DNA from: Gemmatimonadota bacterium
GTDB lineage: Bacteria; Gemmatimonadota; Gemmatimonadetes; Gemmatimonadales; Gemmatimonadaceae
Length of the DNA stretch: 64,000 nucleotides
Assembly (NCBI GenBank): GCA_040389905.1
Contig: JAZJZK010000053.1
Coordinates: forward strand, 1 to 64,000
Direction of reading: 5' to 3'
In this document: positions 52,994 through 62,037 of the stretch, piece by piece
Layout of the letters: every line of letters begins with the position of its first letter
Numbering within the stretch: the first letter of the stretch is position 1
Program-made: the position numbers and the translations under genes
The notes under the pieces: model-generated
Databases searched by the model: none
Told to the model about the DNA's origin: nothing
What the model saw: only the letters and a program-made list of their open reading frames with translations

Positions 52994-53992
52994 TCAGGGA
53001 ATGACGCGGCCTCCCATCGCGGCGGAATCCATCTCGCGGGCCATCATGAGCCAATCGTCGCGGGAGACCACCAAGGTCGCGTCGTCCTGGTACTGATGGA
53101 GCGCGACCAGAAGCGCTGCCCGCTTGCGCGCCGGCGGCACGGCGGGCGAGGCGAGAATATCACCCACGACGTCGTGCAGTGCGTGGAGGTTGTCGAACAC
53201 GGCCGCCGCATCGGGATAGCGCTGCGTGAATCGTTCGGCGATCGCCGGCGACAACGGCATGGTGGACGGCACACGGCCATGCGAAAGCGCGAGGGTCCAG
53301 AACGCATCCACACTGCGCTGGACGAGCGTGTCTCGCGTGGTACCGGCTGGTGCGGCGAGCAGCGCCTCGTACAGGCTCATTTGCAACCAATGGTATGACC
53401 AGATCAATGCGTTGTACGCGGGTGCTGCCCGTCGCAGTGAGAGCGAGAAAGGTTGTCCCTCCATCAATGCCATGTTCTTGGGCTTGCTGCTCAGCGCGAG
53501 ATCTGGCCGCGAGCGATAGTAGCGCATCACGTCAGCAACACGCGCGTCGCGTTGGCTGTCCGCAATCCGGGCGTCGGACAATACATCGTACAGTTGGCGA
53601 TGCAGCATGTGCGCCCACTCGAATGCCTCGACAAGCTCGGGCGCAGTCGTCGCGTATCGCGGAGCAATGGCGTGCTCGTCGAGCGTGACGGACGACGGAT
53701 GACGGAGCACCCGTGTTGTCACCAGTGTGTAGAGCACCGTGTCGACGTCGTGTGTCAAGGTTCCGGGATGACGCAGTTCTCGCTCATACAGCGCCGCATG
53801 ACCAAAGTCGAAGGCGTTGAAGAGCGCATCGACGCGCGGGTACTGTCCGCGGAATGCGTAGTTGTGCGACGCGCGAAGGTAGGTCTGCTCGTACGCGACG
53901 GGATGGCAACTGGCGGTTGTCGCGCTGACGATCAACCCGACCAGCATACGGCGTCGTCGGCACGCAGGATCAGCGCGCGAGGCTGAACGCAA
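52994..53992 (-). CDS. Hypothetical exported helical protein with duplicated His motifs (start uncertain)
   Basis: Possible TASC lipobox; 'FDFGHAALYE', 'WAHMLHRQLYD', 'YHWLQMSLYE', 'NLHALHDVVGD'. Confidence 0.75.
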   Translation of the reverse strand: MRSASRADPACRRRRMLVGLIVSATTASCHPVAYEQTYLRASHNYAFRGQYPRVDALFNAFDFGHAALYERELRHPGTLTHDVDTVLYTLVTTRVLRHPSSVTLDEHAIAPRYATTAPELVEAFEWAHMLHRQLYDVLSDARIADSQRDARVADVMRYYRSRPDLALSSKPKNMALMEGQPFSLSLRRAAPAYNALIWSYHWLQMSLYEALLAAPAGTTRDTLVQRSVDAFWTLALSHGRVPSTMPLSPAIAERFTQRYPDAAAVFDNLHALHDVVGDILASPAVPPARKRAALLVALHQYQDDATLVVSRDDWLMMAREMDSAAMGGRVIP

Positions 53993-54962
53993 ACGTCCCT
54001 CCGACGGTGAATGCCGTGGATTGAATCGCGCCGGCGAACTTGCGGGAGACTCCCGCGTCGAGCACCACGCGCGGGCTCAACTGGTGCCTCGCGCCCACCT
54101 CGGCAGTGAGATCCGTGACCGCATAGAGCCCCACGAAGCGGTCCGCGACCACGTCCACGGCGATCTGTGTGCTCGAGAGTGCGAACGCGTGATCCGTTCC
54201 AATTGCCGCGGACCAACGCATACCATCGGAACGCGGAGCTTCCGCGGCAGTCTGATTGGCGGACGGCCCGAGACAGACGCTGGAGCGTGCGATGGGAAAG
54301 CGCGCAACAGACAGCGAGTCGAGCTTGATGACGTCGCACGGTATGTCGGGGATTAAAGGCCCCCCGCAGCTTGGCGTGTCAACAGGGCTGAATCGACTGG
54401 CAATGCAGACCTCCGGGGGTGGAGTCGCGCGAACAGACCAGGTGCCGATCCCTGCATTGAGATGGACGCGGGCGACGGGAAGGGTCTTCGTCGCGGCGGC
54501 GAAGGCAGAATACGTCGAGCGCGGCGAGGCAAGGGATCCGGTCGCCAGCAGGATTTCGGTCCCCAGCGCAACGGCCGGTTTGCGAGACGTTTCCTGCCCG
54601 AATGCGTGCAACCCACTCACGGCTACACCGGCGACTCCGGACGTGCGCTCACCCGACCCGGGCGGCGGCACGACATACAGAACCGGCACGCGAATCGCCA
54701 ATTCGGTAAACGGCGCGACGCCGTATGTCACCTCGGGATCGACTCGCCAACGCGTGACGCCGCTTCCGAACCGCTCCCCTCGAATCGCGGGCAACTCCAG
54801 GTCGAGTGATCGTCGTGCTGTCACGAGGGCATCCTGGGTGCGCACCGGACGTCCGCCATCGGAGTTCAGATACCCCGTTTGTGCGACCGCACAGGGCGAC
54901 CAAACGACCGCCAGAAAGAGCACCGAGGTGCCGATCCGGTTCGGAGCGCGCACCGGATTCAC
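53970..54962 (-). CDS. Hypothetical outer-membrane beta-barrel protein with a four-Cys insertion
   Basis: Signal peptide, alternating strand pattern, C-terminal 'VGGTFAF'; 4-nt overlap with the lytTR gene. Confidence 0.7.
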   Translation of the reverse strand: MNPVRAPNRIGTSVLFLAVVWSPCAVAQTGYLNSDGGRPVRTQDALVTARRSLDLELPAIRGERFGSGVTRWRVDPEVTYGVAPFTELAIRVPVLYVVPPPGSGERTSGVAGVAVSGLHAFGQETSRKPAVALGTEILLATGSLASPRSTYSAFAAATKTLPVARVHLNAGIGTWSVRATPPPEVCIASRFSPVDTPSCGGPLIPDIPCDVIKLDSLSVARFPIARSSVCLGPSANQTAAEAPRSDGMRWSAAIGTDHAFALSSTQIAVDVVADRFVGLYAVTDLTAEVGARHQLSPRVVLDAGVSRKFAGAIQSTAFTVGGTFAFSLAR

Positions 54963-55771
54963 AGCTTCAACAACTGGTCGCGAAGCACGCGCGCGCGCAG
55001 TCGGCTGACCTGAAATTGCTGTCCCGTGGCCAGGGCCACGAGATAGGTGGCACCGGGCATCGGACTCACCTTGGTGATACTCTCGACGCGAACCAGCGTG
55101 CCGCGCGACAGTCGAATGAACTCTGAAGGCTCCAGTCGTGCCTCGAGGTCCTTGAGACGATACGTGATCGTGTGCCGCTCCTTGTTGATCGTCATGAGGT
55201 GGAGCAGTTCGCCATCGGCGACAACCGATGCCACCTGCGAAACGGGTACGAGCACGAGATCGTGGCGCCGGCGCACGGGAATTCTGCGGAGTGGCGCAAG
55301 CGGGCTCGCGTCTTCGATGAGCGCCGCGGCGTTCGCCAGCCCGGCGTGGTGTGCCGGCAGCGACTCACGCCGATTGTCTGCTTCGTCGAGCCGGTCGTGC
55401 GCTCGCGTCAATGTGAAGCGAAGACGCGTCGCATCGACAGGCTTCAGCAGGTAGTCGATGGCGTTGAGCTCGAATGCCCGCACGGCGAATTCATCGAATG
55501 CGGTGACGAACGCGACGAGCGGCAGCCGATCTTTGCGCAACAGGCGGACGACGTCGATGCCGCCGACCTCGGGCATCTGGAGGTCGAGAAAGGCGAGATC
55601 GGGGCGGTGCTCCTCGATCATGGCGATGGCTTCTGCGCCGCCCTGTGCCTCGCCGACGATTTCAACGTCGGGGCACGTTGCCAACAGCGCGAGCAGGTAC
55701 GCGCGCGCGGGACGCTCGTCGTCGGCGACGACGACGCGGAGCATTGGCCCGATTTCGCGCTCTCCTTTCAC
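54959..55771 (-). CDS. LytTR-family response regulator
   Basis: 'ADDERPAR', 'FLDLQMP', 'FVTAFDEFAVRAFELNAIDYLLKP', 'LKDLEARL...FIRLSRGTLV', 'VSR'. Confidence 0.95.
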   Translation of the reverse strand: MKGEREIGPMLRVVVADDERPARAYLLALLATCPDVEIVGEAQGGAEAIAMIEEHRPDLAFLDLQMPEVGGIDVVRLLRKDRLPLVAFVTAFDEFAVRAFELNAIDYLLKPVDATRLRFTLTRAHDRLDEADNRRESLPAHHAGLANAAALIEDASPLAPLRRIPVRRRHDLVLVPVSQVASVVADGELLHLMTINKERHTITYRLKDLEARLEPSEFIRLSRGTLVRVESITKVSPMPGATYLVALATGQQFQVSRLRARVLRDQLLKL

Positions 55772-57786
55772 GTAACCGTGGCGTTGATGGTGGACGACTC
55801 GCGCTCGTGGAGCGACGGTCCGACTCCCACGCGTGCAACAGGGATCACGAGATCCACACGCGTACCCTGACCCTCTTCGCTCTGGATCGCCAGCGACGCG
55901 TTCGCACCGTAGTAGTGCAGCAGTCGGCTGCGCAGATTGGCCAGGCCCATTCCCGTGCTCGTTTGTCGAGCGAGCGACTCTGCTGTCGCGCCGGCGCCGG
56001 TATCGATCACCACGAATCGGAGGTATTGCGAATCGGCCGCGTCCGCGGCGTCCAATGTGCCCCGCACGCTAATCGTGCCACCCTGCTGCCGCTGTGAGAT
56101 GCCGTGCTTGATGGCGTTCTCGACCAACGGTTGGAGCAGCAACGGCGGCACCCGCAACTGCCGGATGTCGTCGTCCACAGCGATGGACACGCGCAGCCTG
56201 TCCTCGAATCGTGCGCGTTCGATTGCGAGGTACGACTCGACGATCTCCATCTCCTCGCCCAGCGTGACGAATGCGCCAGCCGAGCGACGCAGCACGGCGC
56301 GCAACAGACTCGTCAGCTTGAGTAGCGTATCCAGTGCGCGGCTCGGGGACTCATGCAGCAGAAAGCCGATCGTCGTCAGCGCATTGAAGAGAAAATGCGG
56401 ATTGAGCTGCGCCTGAAGCGCACGCAGCTCGGCCTCCGTCGTCAATCGTTCGAGGTCGCGCTCACGAAGCGTGCGCTCGTGGCGCTCCTGCGCGACGCGT
56501 AGCACGTCGATGCGCCGCGCGGCCGCTTCAGCGACGGCCTCCGCGAGCGCGATGTCGTCGGAGAGTATTCGCCGGCCGCCGGCCAACGCGCCGATTTCAA
56601 TTCTGAAATGCGGAGCCTCCGAGGTTGCGACTTGAATGCGTGTGTCGAGCTGCTGTCCGTCGGAGGACGCGGAGGGAGTACCCGCGATACCATCCGCGGC
56701 CGTCCAGCGCACGGAGCTCGCTGATAGTGCCGGTGCCAGCATCGTGGCCGCAAGATCGAGTACGTGCTCCGTGGACTCCAGCGTGCCGAGCCTGACGACG
56801 GCCTCGCGACGCAGACGAGCGGAGTCGACTCGTCGCAGAACAACGCGATCGATAAAGCGCGTCAGTCCGCCGCGGAGCAGCGGATAGGCTGCCGCAACAC
56901 CAACCCAGAGCGCAATCAGTGCCGCAGTGCCGCGCGGGTCGGTTGGGTCTGCGGCGAGACGCGGAAGAACAAAGGGAACGGCAATGAGTAGATAGGTCGC
57001 GAGCGCCAGCGAGACGAGCGCAACGAGTGCCAACGCGCGCTTGAGAAAGATGTCCGCGAAAGCAAAGCGATAGTCTTGATAGAGAATGACGAGGACGAGG
57101 GGCAGCGATGCGTGGTGGCCAACGAGTTCGATGGCCACGGACTGCGTTCCTTCGACATGATGGCTGAGATGGAGTGCCATGACCGCGAACGCCGCGAGTG
57201 CTGCGGCGGCGAGCGGGCCGCGTCCACCAGACTGTCCCCGCATCGTGACGGCGAGCAGCGCGATGACAATACCGTACCCCACCGTGAGCAGAATGAGAGC
57301 GGGCCGGTACGGCGCAATGCCGCGCGTGCTTGCGATGAATAGCTGCACGATCGCGCCGGAGGAGCTGAGTGCATAGACGGAACCAGTGAGCCACCGCGCG
57401 TAGCGGGATGCGTGTCCGCTCGCCGCATGCACGACGACGGCCGGAAGAAAACCGAGCGCACCGAACGCGAGCGCAACAAAGATCGGGGAGGGCGGCGTTG
57501 CACCGATGTCGCGGCCGCCATAGATGACCAGGCCGCCCGCGTTCCACACGATGCCCAGCACGGCCGTGATCAGCGGGATTCGGTCGCCGAGCGACGAGAA
57601 CGCGTACTGCGTGCCGAGTGAGCGCGCTGAAGCGCTCACCATTCGGCCACGTAGCGTCATCACGGCGAGCATCGCATACAGCACAATGCCGGTGATGAAG
57701 CCAGTCGCGTGAACGATCGCCGCAATATCGCTCGACGTCATGGCTCCCGAGGATTGAACGAGAGAACTGTAGGCGGTCGGGCTCAT
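55768..57786 (-). CDS. LytS/YehU-type membrane histidine kinase (start 57786 or 57741)
   Basis: Multi-TM N-terminus; 'LQAQLNPHFLFNAL', 'LLQPLVENAIKHG', 'DTGAG', 'GMGLANL'. Confidence 0.94.
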   Translation of the reverse strand: MSPTAYSSLVQSSGAMTSSDIAAIVHATGFITGIVLYAMLAVMTLRGRMVSASARSLGTQYAFSSLGDRIPLITAVLGIVWNAGGLVIYGGRDIGATPPSPIFVALAFGALGFLPAVVVHAASGHASRYARWLTGSVYALSSSGAIVQLFIASTRGIAPYRPALILLTVGYGIVIALLAVTMRGQSGGRGPLAAAALAAFAVMALHLSHHVEGTQSVAIELVGHHASLPLVLVILYQDYRFAFADIFLKRALALVALVSLALATYLLIAVPFVLPRLAADPTDPRGTAALIALWVGVAAAYPLLRGGLTRFIDRVVLRRVDSARLRREAVVRLGTLESTEHVLDLAATMLAPALSASSVRWTAADGIAGTPSASSDGQQLDTRIQVATSEAPHFRIEIGALAGGRRILSDDIALAEAVAEAAARRIDVLRVAQERHERTLRERDLERLTTEAELRALQAQLNPHFLFNALTTIGFLLHESPSRALDTLLKLTSLLRAVLRRSAGAFVTLGEEMEIVESYLAIERARFEDRLRVSIAVDDDIRQLRVPPLLLQPLVENAIKHGISQRQQGGTISVRGTLDAADAADSQYLRFVVIDTGAGATAESLARQTSTGMGLANLRSRLLHYYGANASLAIQSEEGQGTRVDLVIPVARVGVGPSLHERESSTINATVT

Positions 57787-57803
57787 GCTCACAGTGTCGG
57801 CAG

Positions 57804-57853
57804 ATGAACGGACAGAACGGGCACATGAATGGTCACCAGCAGCCAATGAGCGT
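57804..57853. promoter_or_regulatory. Three direct repeats at 21-bp period, candidate LytTR binding sites
   Basis: ATGAACGG (57804), ATGAATGG (57825), ATGAGCGT (57846); reverse complement is CCGTTCAT-like. Confidence 0.7.
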
Positions 57854-57865
57854 GCAACGGGATGT

Positions 57866-57894
57866 TGTCACCCCGAATTTCGCTCTTGGTGACA
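57866..57894. repeat. Minimal derivative of the REP-like element
   Basis: TGTCACCCCGA-ATTTCGCTC-TTGGTGACA keeps both termini of the 39437 and 49302 copies. Confidence 0.5.
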
Positions 57895-58007
57895 GCTGAG
57901 GCGCGCGCATCGCCGCCGGTGCGCGATCAATGACAATTCGAGGAACCAGAGCAGCAGTTCATTGGAAACCGAGTTCTGTGACGCTCGGACCGCGGTACCC
58001 TCGTCGC

Positions 58008-58805
58008 GTGACGAAGCCCACCCTTCGGACGCTGGATGGTTTGCCGAGAGTCCTCCGCCGAGCGACGCTCGGACGGGTCGTCACATCGCTTCTGCTCGAA
58101 GTGGGGCTGGTTCTCGCTGTTGCCGGTGCGCTGCTGGCCATGACCTGGTATTTCACGCGCCAAGTCCCACAGCGGGCGTGGGGCCGCCCGTTGTCATACT
58201 GGATTGCCATGCTCGATAGCGCGTCGCCGGCGTACCGCGACTCGGCCATGGCGGCACTGGAGTTTCTGGAGCCCAGCACGCCGGCGATGGCCGGAATCCT
58301 CGCGGCGCGCCTGAGTGATCCGAATGCATCGCTACGTGTGCGAGCGGCGGCGTTGTTGATCACCCTCGCTGAGTCGTCGCAGGAACGTGCGGTCGATGTC
58401 GAGCGCGCGATGGTCAGCATCCTGAGGCGGCACGGAGCGAACGCTGAGCGCATTCAGGCAGCACTCGTCCTCTCGCACATCTGGCGCGAACCGGCAACGA
58501 TGGCCGCGCTCGTTCACGCGGCACGAGACACACACGCTGAGGTTCGCAGCGCGTCCATTTTCGCCCTCGGCTCAGGCGCCGCGCGCCACTCTCGCGATGC
58601 CATGAATGCCGTGCTCACCGGCATGCGGGATTCGAGTGCGGAGGTTCGGGCGGCCGCCATGGAGTCGTTGCGCCAATCATGGCCGGACGATGACGCGGTG
58701 CTCGCGGCGGCGGCAATCGCCGTCAAGGACACCGCACGCATCGTCCGAGAAGAAGCGATCCACGCTCTCAACGCCTTCAAACGCATACCGGTGAGTCCAC
58801 GTTGA
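58008..58805 (+). CDS. Membrane-anchored HEAT-repeat protein (GTG start inferred)
   Basis: One TM, then repeats 'DPNASLRVRAAALL', 'DTHAEVRSASIFAL', 'DSSAEVRAAAMESL', 'DTARIVREEAIHAL'. Confidence 0.82.
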   Translation: MTKPTLRTLDGLPRVLRRATLGRVVTSLLLEVGLVLAVAGALLAMTWYFTRQVPQRAWGRPLSYWIAMLDSASPAYRDSAMAALEFLEPSTPAMAGILAARLSDPNASLRVRAAALLITLAESSQERAVDVERAMVSILRRHGANAERIQAALVLSHIWREPATMAALVHAARDTHAEVRSASIFALGSGAARHSRDAMNAVLTGMRDSSAEVRAAAMESLRQSWPDDDAVLAAAAIAVKDTARIVREEAIHALNAFKRIPVSPR

Positions 58806-58886
58806 ATACCAGTGGTTGGTCAGAAACCCCCACTCATTGGAATGCGCGCACGATGCCCGTGTGGCCCGTTCATACTTGGCGGAGTG

Positions 58887-61262
58887 ATGAATCTCATAGT
58901 GGTGCGCGCGCGTCGTTGGTGGAGTTGTGGGGTCGCCCTTGTGCTCCTTCTCGTGGCAGCCGCGTCAGGCGCACGCGCGCAGGACGTAGCAACAGGCGCT
59001 CGGCTCACGCGTGAGATCACGGGCGTGGTGAGCGACTCGGCGACTCGGCTTCCCGTGTCCAATGTGGCGGTAACCGTGGACGGCACCCGCATCGCCGCGC
59101 TCACGGACTCGGTCGGCCATTACCATATAGCGGGCGCAATGCCGGCCGTCGTATCGCTGCGCTTTCGCCGGCTGGGTTTCGCCTTCGCGGTAAAGCGGGC
59201 TGACGTCAGCCGCGGGACGGTGTTGCTCGACGTCGTACTTGCGGCGCGAGCGACAACGCTGTCAGGAGTAACGGTGAAGGCAGATTCCGTCGCGGAGTTT
59301 CTGCGCGCGGAGCAGGCGACGTCCGTCATGACCGCTGAGTTGATCAAGGAACGGCGCGGGCAGACGCTCGGCGAAACGATTCGCGAGTTACCCGGCGTTT
59401 CAATCATTCAGTACGGGCCGAGCATCGCGAAGCCGGTCGTGCGCGGCTTGCATTCGCAGCGAATCGCCACGGTGAATGATGGCGTGCCGCAGGAAGGCCA
59501 GCAGTGGGGTGGGGAACACGCTCCCGAAATCGACGCCTTTGCCGCGAATCAGATCGAGGTGATCCGCGGTCCCGGCACCATCCTGTATGGATCGGGGGCT
59601 CTCGGCGGCGTCGTCCGAGTCACGCCACGTCCGCTGCCTACGGAGGGCGGACTCAGCGGAGAGCTGTCGCTGAATGGCTTTGCCAATAATCGGCAAGGCG
59701 CCACGTCGCTCATGCTCGAGGGCGCGAATGTCCACCTGCCTGTCGTTGGAACGACCGGCTGGCGCGCACAGGTCACCGCGCGCCGCGCAGGTGATGCTCG
59801 GTCACCGAACTACTATTTGCCAAATACGGGATACGAGGAGCTGGACGCGAGCGGTGCGCTCGGTGTGACGCGCGAATGGGGTACCTCACAAGTCGCATAT
59901 AGCCTGTTCAGTACCGACCTTGGACTATACGTCGGCGCCCACGTCGGCAATCTCGACGATCTCACGCGGGCGATGGAGACGCCGTTCACGTCGCCGATGT
60001 TCTCGTATGCGATAGCTCGGCCGGATCAGAAGGTGAGGCACGACCTCGTGTCCTGGCGCACGACGCTGGACCTGCCGAAGAGTAGCCGGCTCGAAGTGTC
60101 CTACGGATTCCAGCACAACGATCGCCAGGAATTCGACAATCATGGCTTCGCGGTCGGTGCGCGGCCCGCCTTCGAGCTCGAGCTCTACACGCACTCTCTC
60201 GACATCCAGTATCACCATCCACCCGCCGGATCGTTCACCGGGACCGTCGGTGTCTCGGGCATGCGGCAGGGCAATCTTTCGCCGGGCCGCTCGTTCCTCA
60301 TCCCGCAGTATCGCATCTACGCCGGCGGTATCTTCGCGCTCGAAGGATACACGCGTTCGCGTCTCACACTCACGGCGGGCGCACGCTTCGACGACCGGTA
60401 CCAGCATGCATATCAATACGGTGCACCGGTCGTCGTCAGTCCCGATGATGCGCGCTCGTACGCGGGGCCGTCCGGATCGCTCGGCCTTTCATACAAGGTC
60501 ACCGACGCCTGGTCCGTGGCGAGTACGTTGTCGCGCTCGTGGCGCCCGCCGAACGTCAATGAGCGCTTCAGCCAGGGCGTGCATCACGGCACGGCGCAGT
60601 ACGAGATCGGAGACTCGTCGTTGGTCGGCGAACGCGCATACAACGCGGATCTTACGCTGCGTCATCTCGGCGAGCATTCACGGTTCGAACTGAGCACGTA
60701 CCGCAACCAGATCGACGACTTCATTTATCTCCTGCCGCGCGAGCCGGTGGCTACCGTGCGCGGTATCTATCCCGCGTACAGCTACGCGCAGACAGATGCG
60801 CTGTTGCGTGGCGTGGAAATCAGCGGACAGCTCGATCCATTCTCGTGGTTGACGCTGACGGCCAGCGGAAACCTGCTGCGCGGCACGGAGCGGCGAACCG
60901 GGAATGCCCTCTACGACATGCCCGCTGATCGTGCCACGCTGTCGGCCCGCATCACACGTTGGAACTCCATGCGCGTAAGCGGCGGCTATGTCGAACTTGG
61001 CAGCACGCTCGTGCGGCGCCAGAGCAATGTGCCGCCCGTGACGATCTACAAGCTGCCGACGAGTGGCTATGCACTGCTGAATGCGCAGATCGGCGCCGCG
61101 TCGCTCCACGTCTTCGGCGTGACGATGGAGCCGAGTCTGTCTGTACGAAATCTGCTGGACGTGGCGTATCGCGACTATCTCAGCCGCTATCGCCTCTTCG
61201 TCGATGAGCCGGGGCGTGATGTCGTGCTCCGGATCACGGTGCCCTTTGGTGGGGCGAAATGA
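58887..61262 (+). CDS. TonB-dependent receptor with a CarboxypepD_reg N-domain, probably for metal uptake
   Basis: Plug 'KPVVRGL..QQWGGEHAPEID..IEVIRGPGTILYGSGALGG'; 'GVHHGT'; C-terminal 'NLLD..YR..PGR'. Confidence 0.93.
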   Translation: MNLIVVRARRWWSCGVALVLLLVAAASGARAQDVATGARLTREITGVVSDSATRLPVSNVAVTVDGTRIAALTDSVGHYHIAGAMPAVVSLRFRRLGFAFAVKRADVSRGTVLLDVVLAARATTLSGVTVKADSVAEFLRAEQATSVMTAELIKERRGQTLGETIRELPGVSIIQYGPSIAKPVVRGLHSQRIATVNDGVPQEGQQWGGEHAPEIDAFAANQIEVIRGPGTILYGSGALGGVVRVTPRPLPTEGGLSGELSLNGFANNRQGATSLMLEGANVHLPVVGTTGWRAQVTARRAGDARSPNYYLPNTGYEELDASGALGVTREWGTSQVAYSLFSTDLGLYVGAHVGNLDDLTRAMETPFTSPMFSYAIARPDQKVRHDLVSWRTTLDLPKSSRLEVSYGFQHNDRQEFDNHGFAVGARPAFELELYTHSLDIQYHHPPAGSFTGTVGVSGMRQGNLSPGRSFLIPQYRIYAGGIFALEGYTRSRLTLTAGARFDDRYQHAYQYGAPVVVSPDDARSYAGPSGSLGLSYKVTDAWSVASTLSRSWRPPNVNERFSQGVHHGTAQYEIGDSSLVGERAYNADLTLRHLGEHSRFELSTYRNQIDDFIYLLPREPVATVRGIYPAYSYAQTDALLRGVEISGQLDPFSWLTLTASGNLLRGTERRTGNALYDMPADRATLSARITRWNSMRVSGGYVELGSTLVRRQSNVPPVTIYKLPTSGYALLNAQIGAASLHVFGVTMEPSLSVRNLLDVAYRDYLSRYRLFVDEPGRDVVLRITVPFGGAK

Positions 61263-61302
61263 GTTCCAGTCTGGAAACCTCAACTTCACACAGGTGTTCG
61301 TC

Positions 61303-61893
61303 ATGACAATGTCACGGTCCACTCTTACGGGATTCCTCGTCTCCGGCCTCGTGCTCCTCGGTGCGTGTGGCGACGATCCGACGGCACCGATCGAGGGTGG
61401 CGGCGATCCGGAGAACATCGCTCGGGTCACGGTCACACTGACACCGGTCGGCGGAGGCACCGCCGTCACCTCAGTGCGCGTCGATCCCGACGGCACGTCA
61501 CTGCCGAAGCCCGTCAATGTGGCGGTGGGCACTCTCGCGCTGACGAAAGGCAAGACGTACAACGGCACGATCGAGCTGTTGAATGATCTGGATCCGAAGG
61601 ACATCGTGGACATCAGCGACGAAGTGCAGAAGGAAGCAAACTTCCACCGTTTCTTCTACACACTCACGTGCAGTGGGGTGAACGTGCCTGTGTCCAGCCT
61701 CGATCTCGACACACAGGTTCCGGGACAGCCACTCGGCTTGAAGTTCCAGGTCGTGGTGGACGGCACAGCGGCTTCGTCGACCAATTGCTCGCTGCATGTC
61801 GAGCTGCATCACTTCGAATCCGCGAAGGGCAATGGACTTGGTTCGACGTTCGACACGGATCTCTCACTCGACTTCCCCGTCACCATCTCGTAA
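61303..61893 (+). CDS. Surface lipoprotein accompanying the TonB-dependent receptor
   Basis: LGAC lipobox; 'EVQKEANFHRFFY', 'VELHH', 'DTDLSLDFPV'. Confidence 0.8.
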   Translation: MTMSRSTLTGFLVSGLVLLGACGDDPTAPIEGGGDPENIARVTVTLTPVGGGTAVTSVRVDPDGTSLPKPVNVAVGTLALTKGKTYNGTIELLNDLDPKDIVDISDEVQKEANFHRFFYTLTCSGVNVPVSSLDLDTQVPGQPLGLKFQVVVDGTAASSTNCSLHVELHHFESAKGNGLGSTFDTDLSLDFPVTIS

Positions 61894-62037
61894 TACAAAG
61901 GAACGCCGCGAGAATGAACGTTGCCGCGTTCGTGCCGGTGACCGTCGTCGTGCCGGTCACCGCCACCGCGTCGGATCCGCGGCGCCGCTTCGTCGACCAA
62001 TCGTTCGCTGCGTGCTCGCCGTCGACGCAAGCTCGCG

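Noticed and set aside
61900..62030. Minus-strand frame 'AVTGTTTVTGTNAATFILAA' resembling the peptidase C-terminus, and a His-containing 73-aa ORF
   Set aside because: Too short and low in complexity to call a pseudogene or gene; the GGTGACCG/CGGTCACC hairpin between convergent genes explains the region adequately
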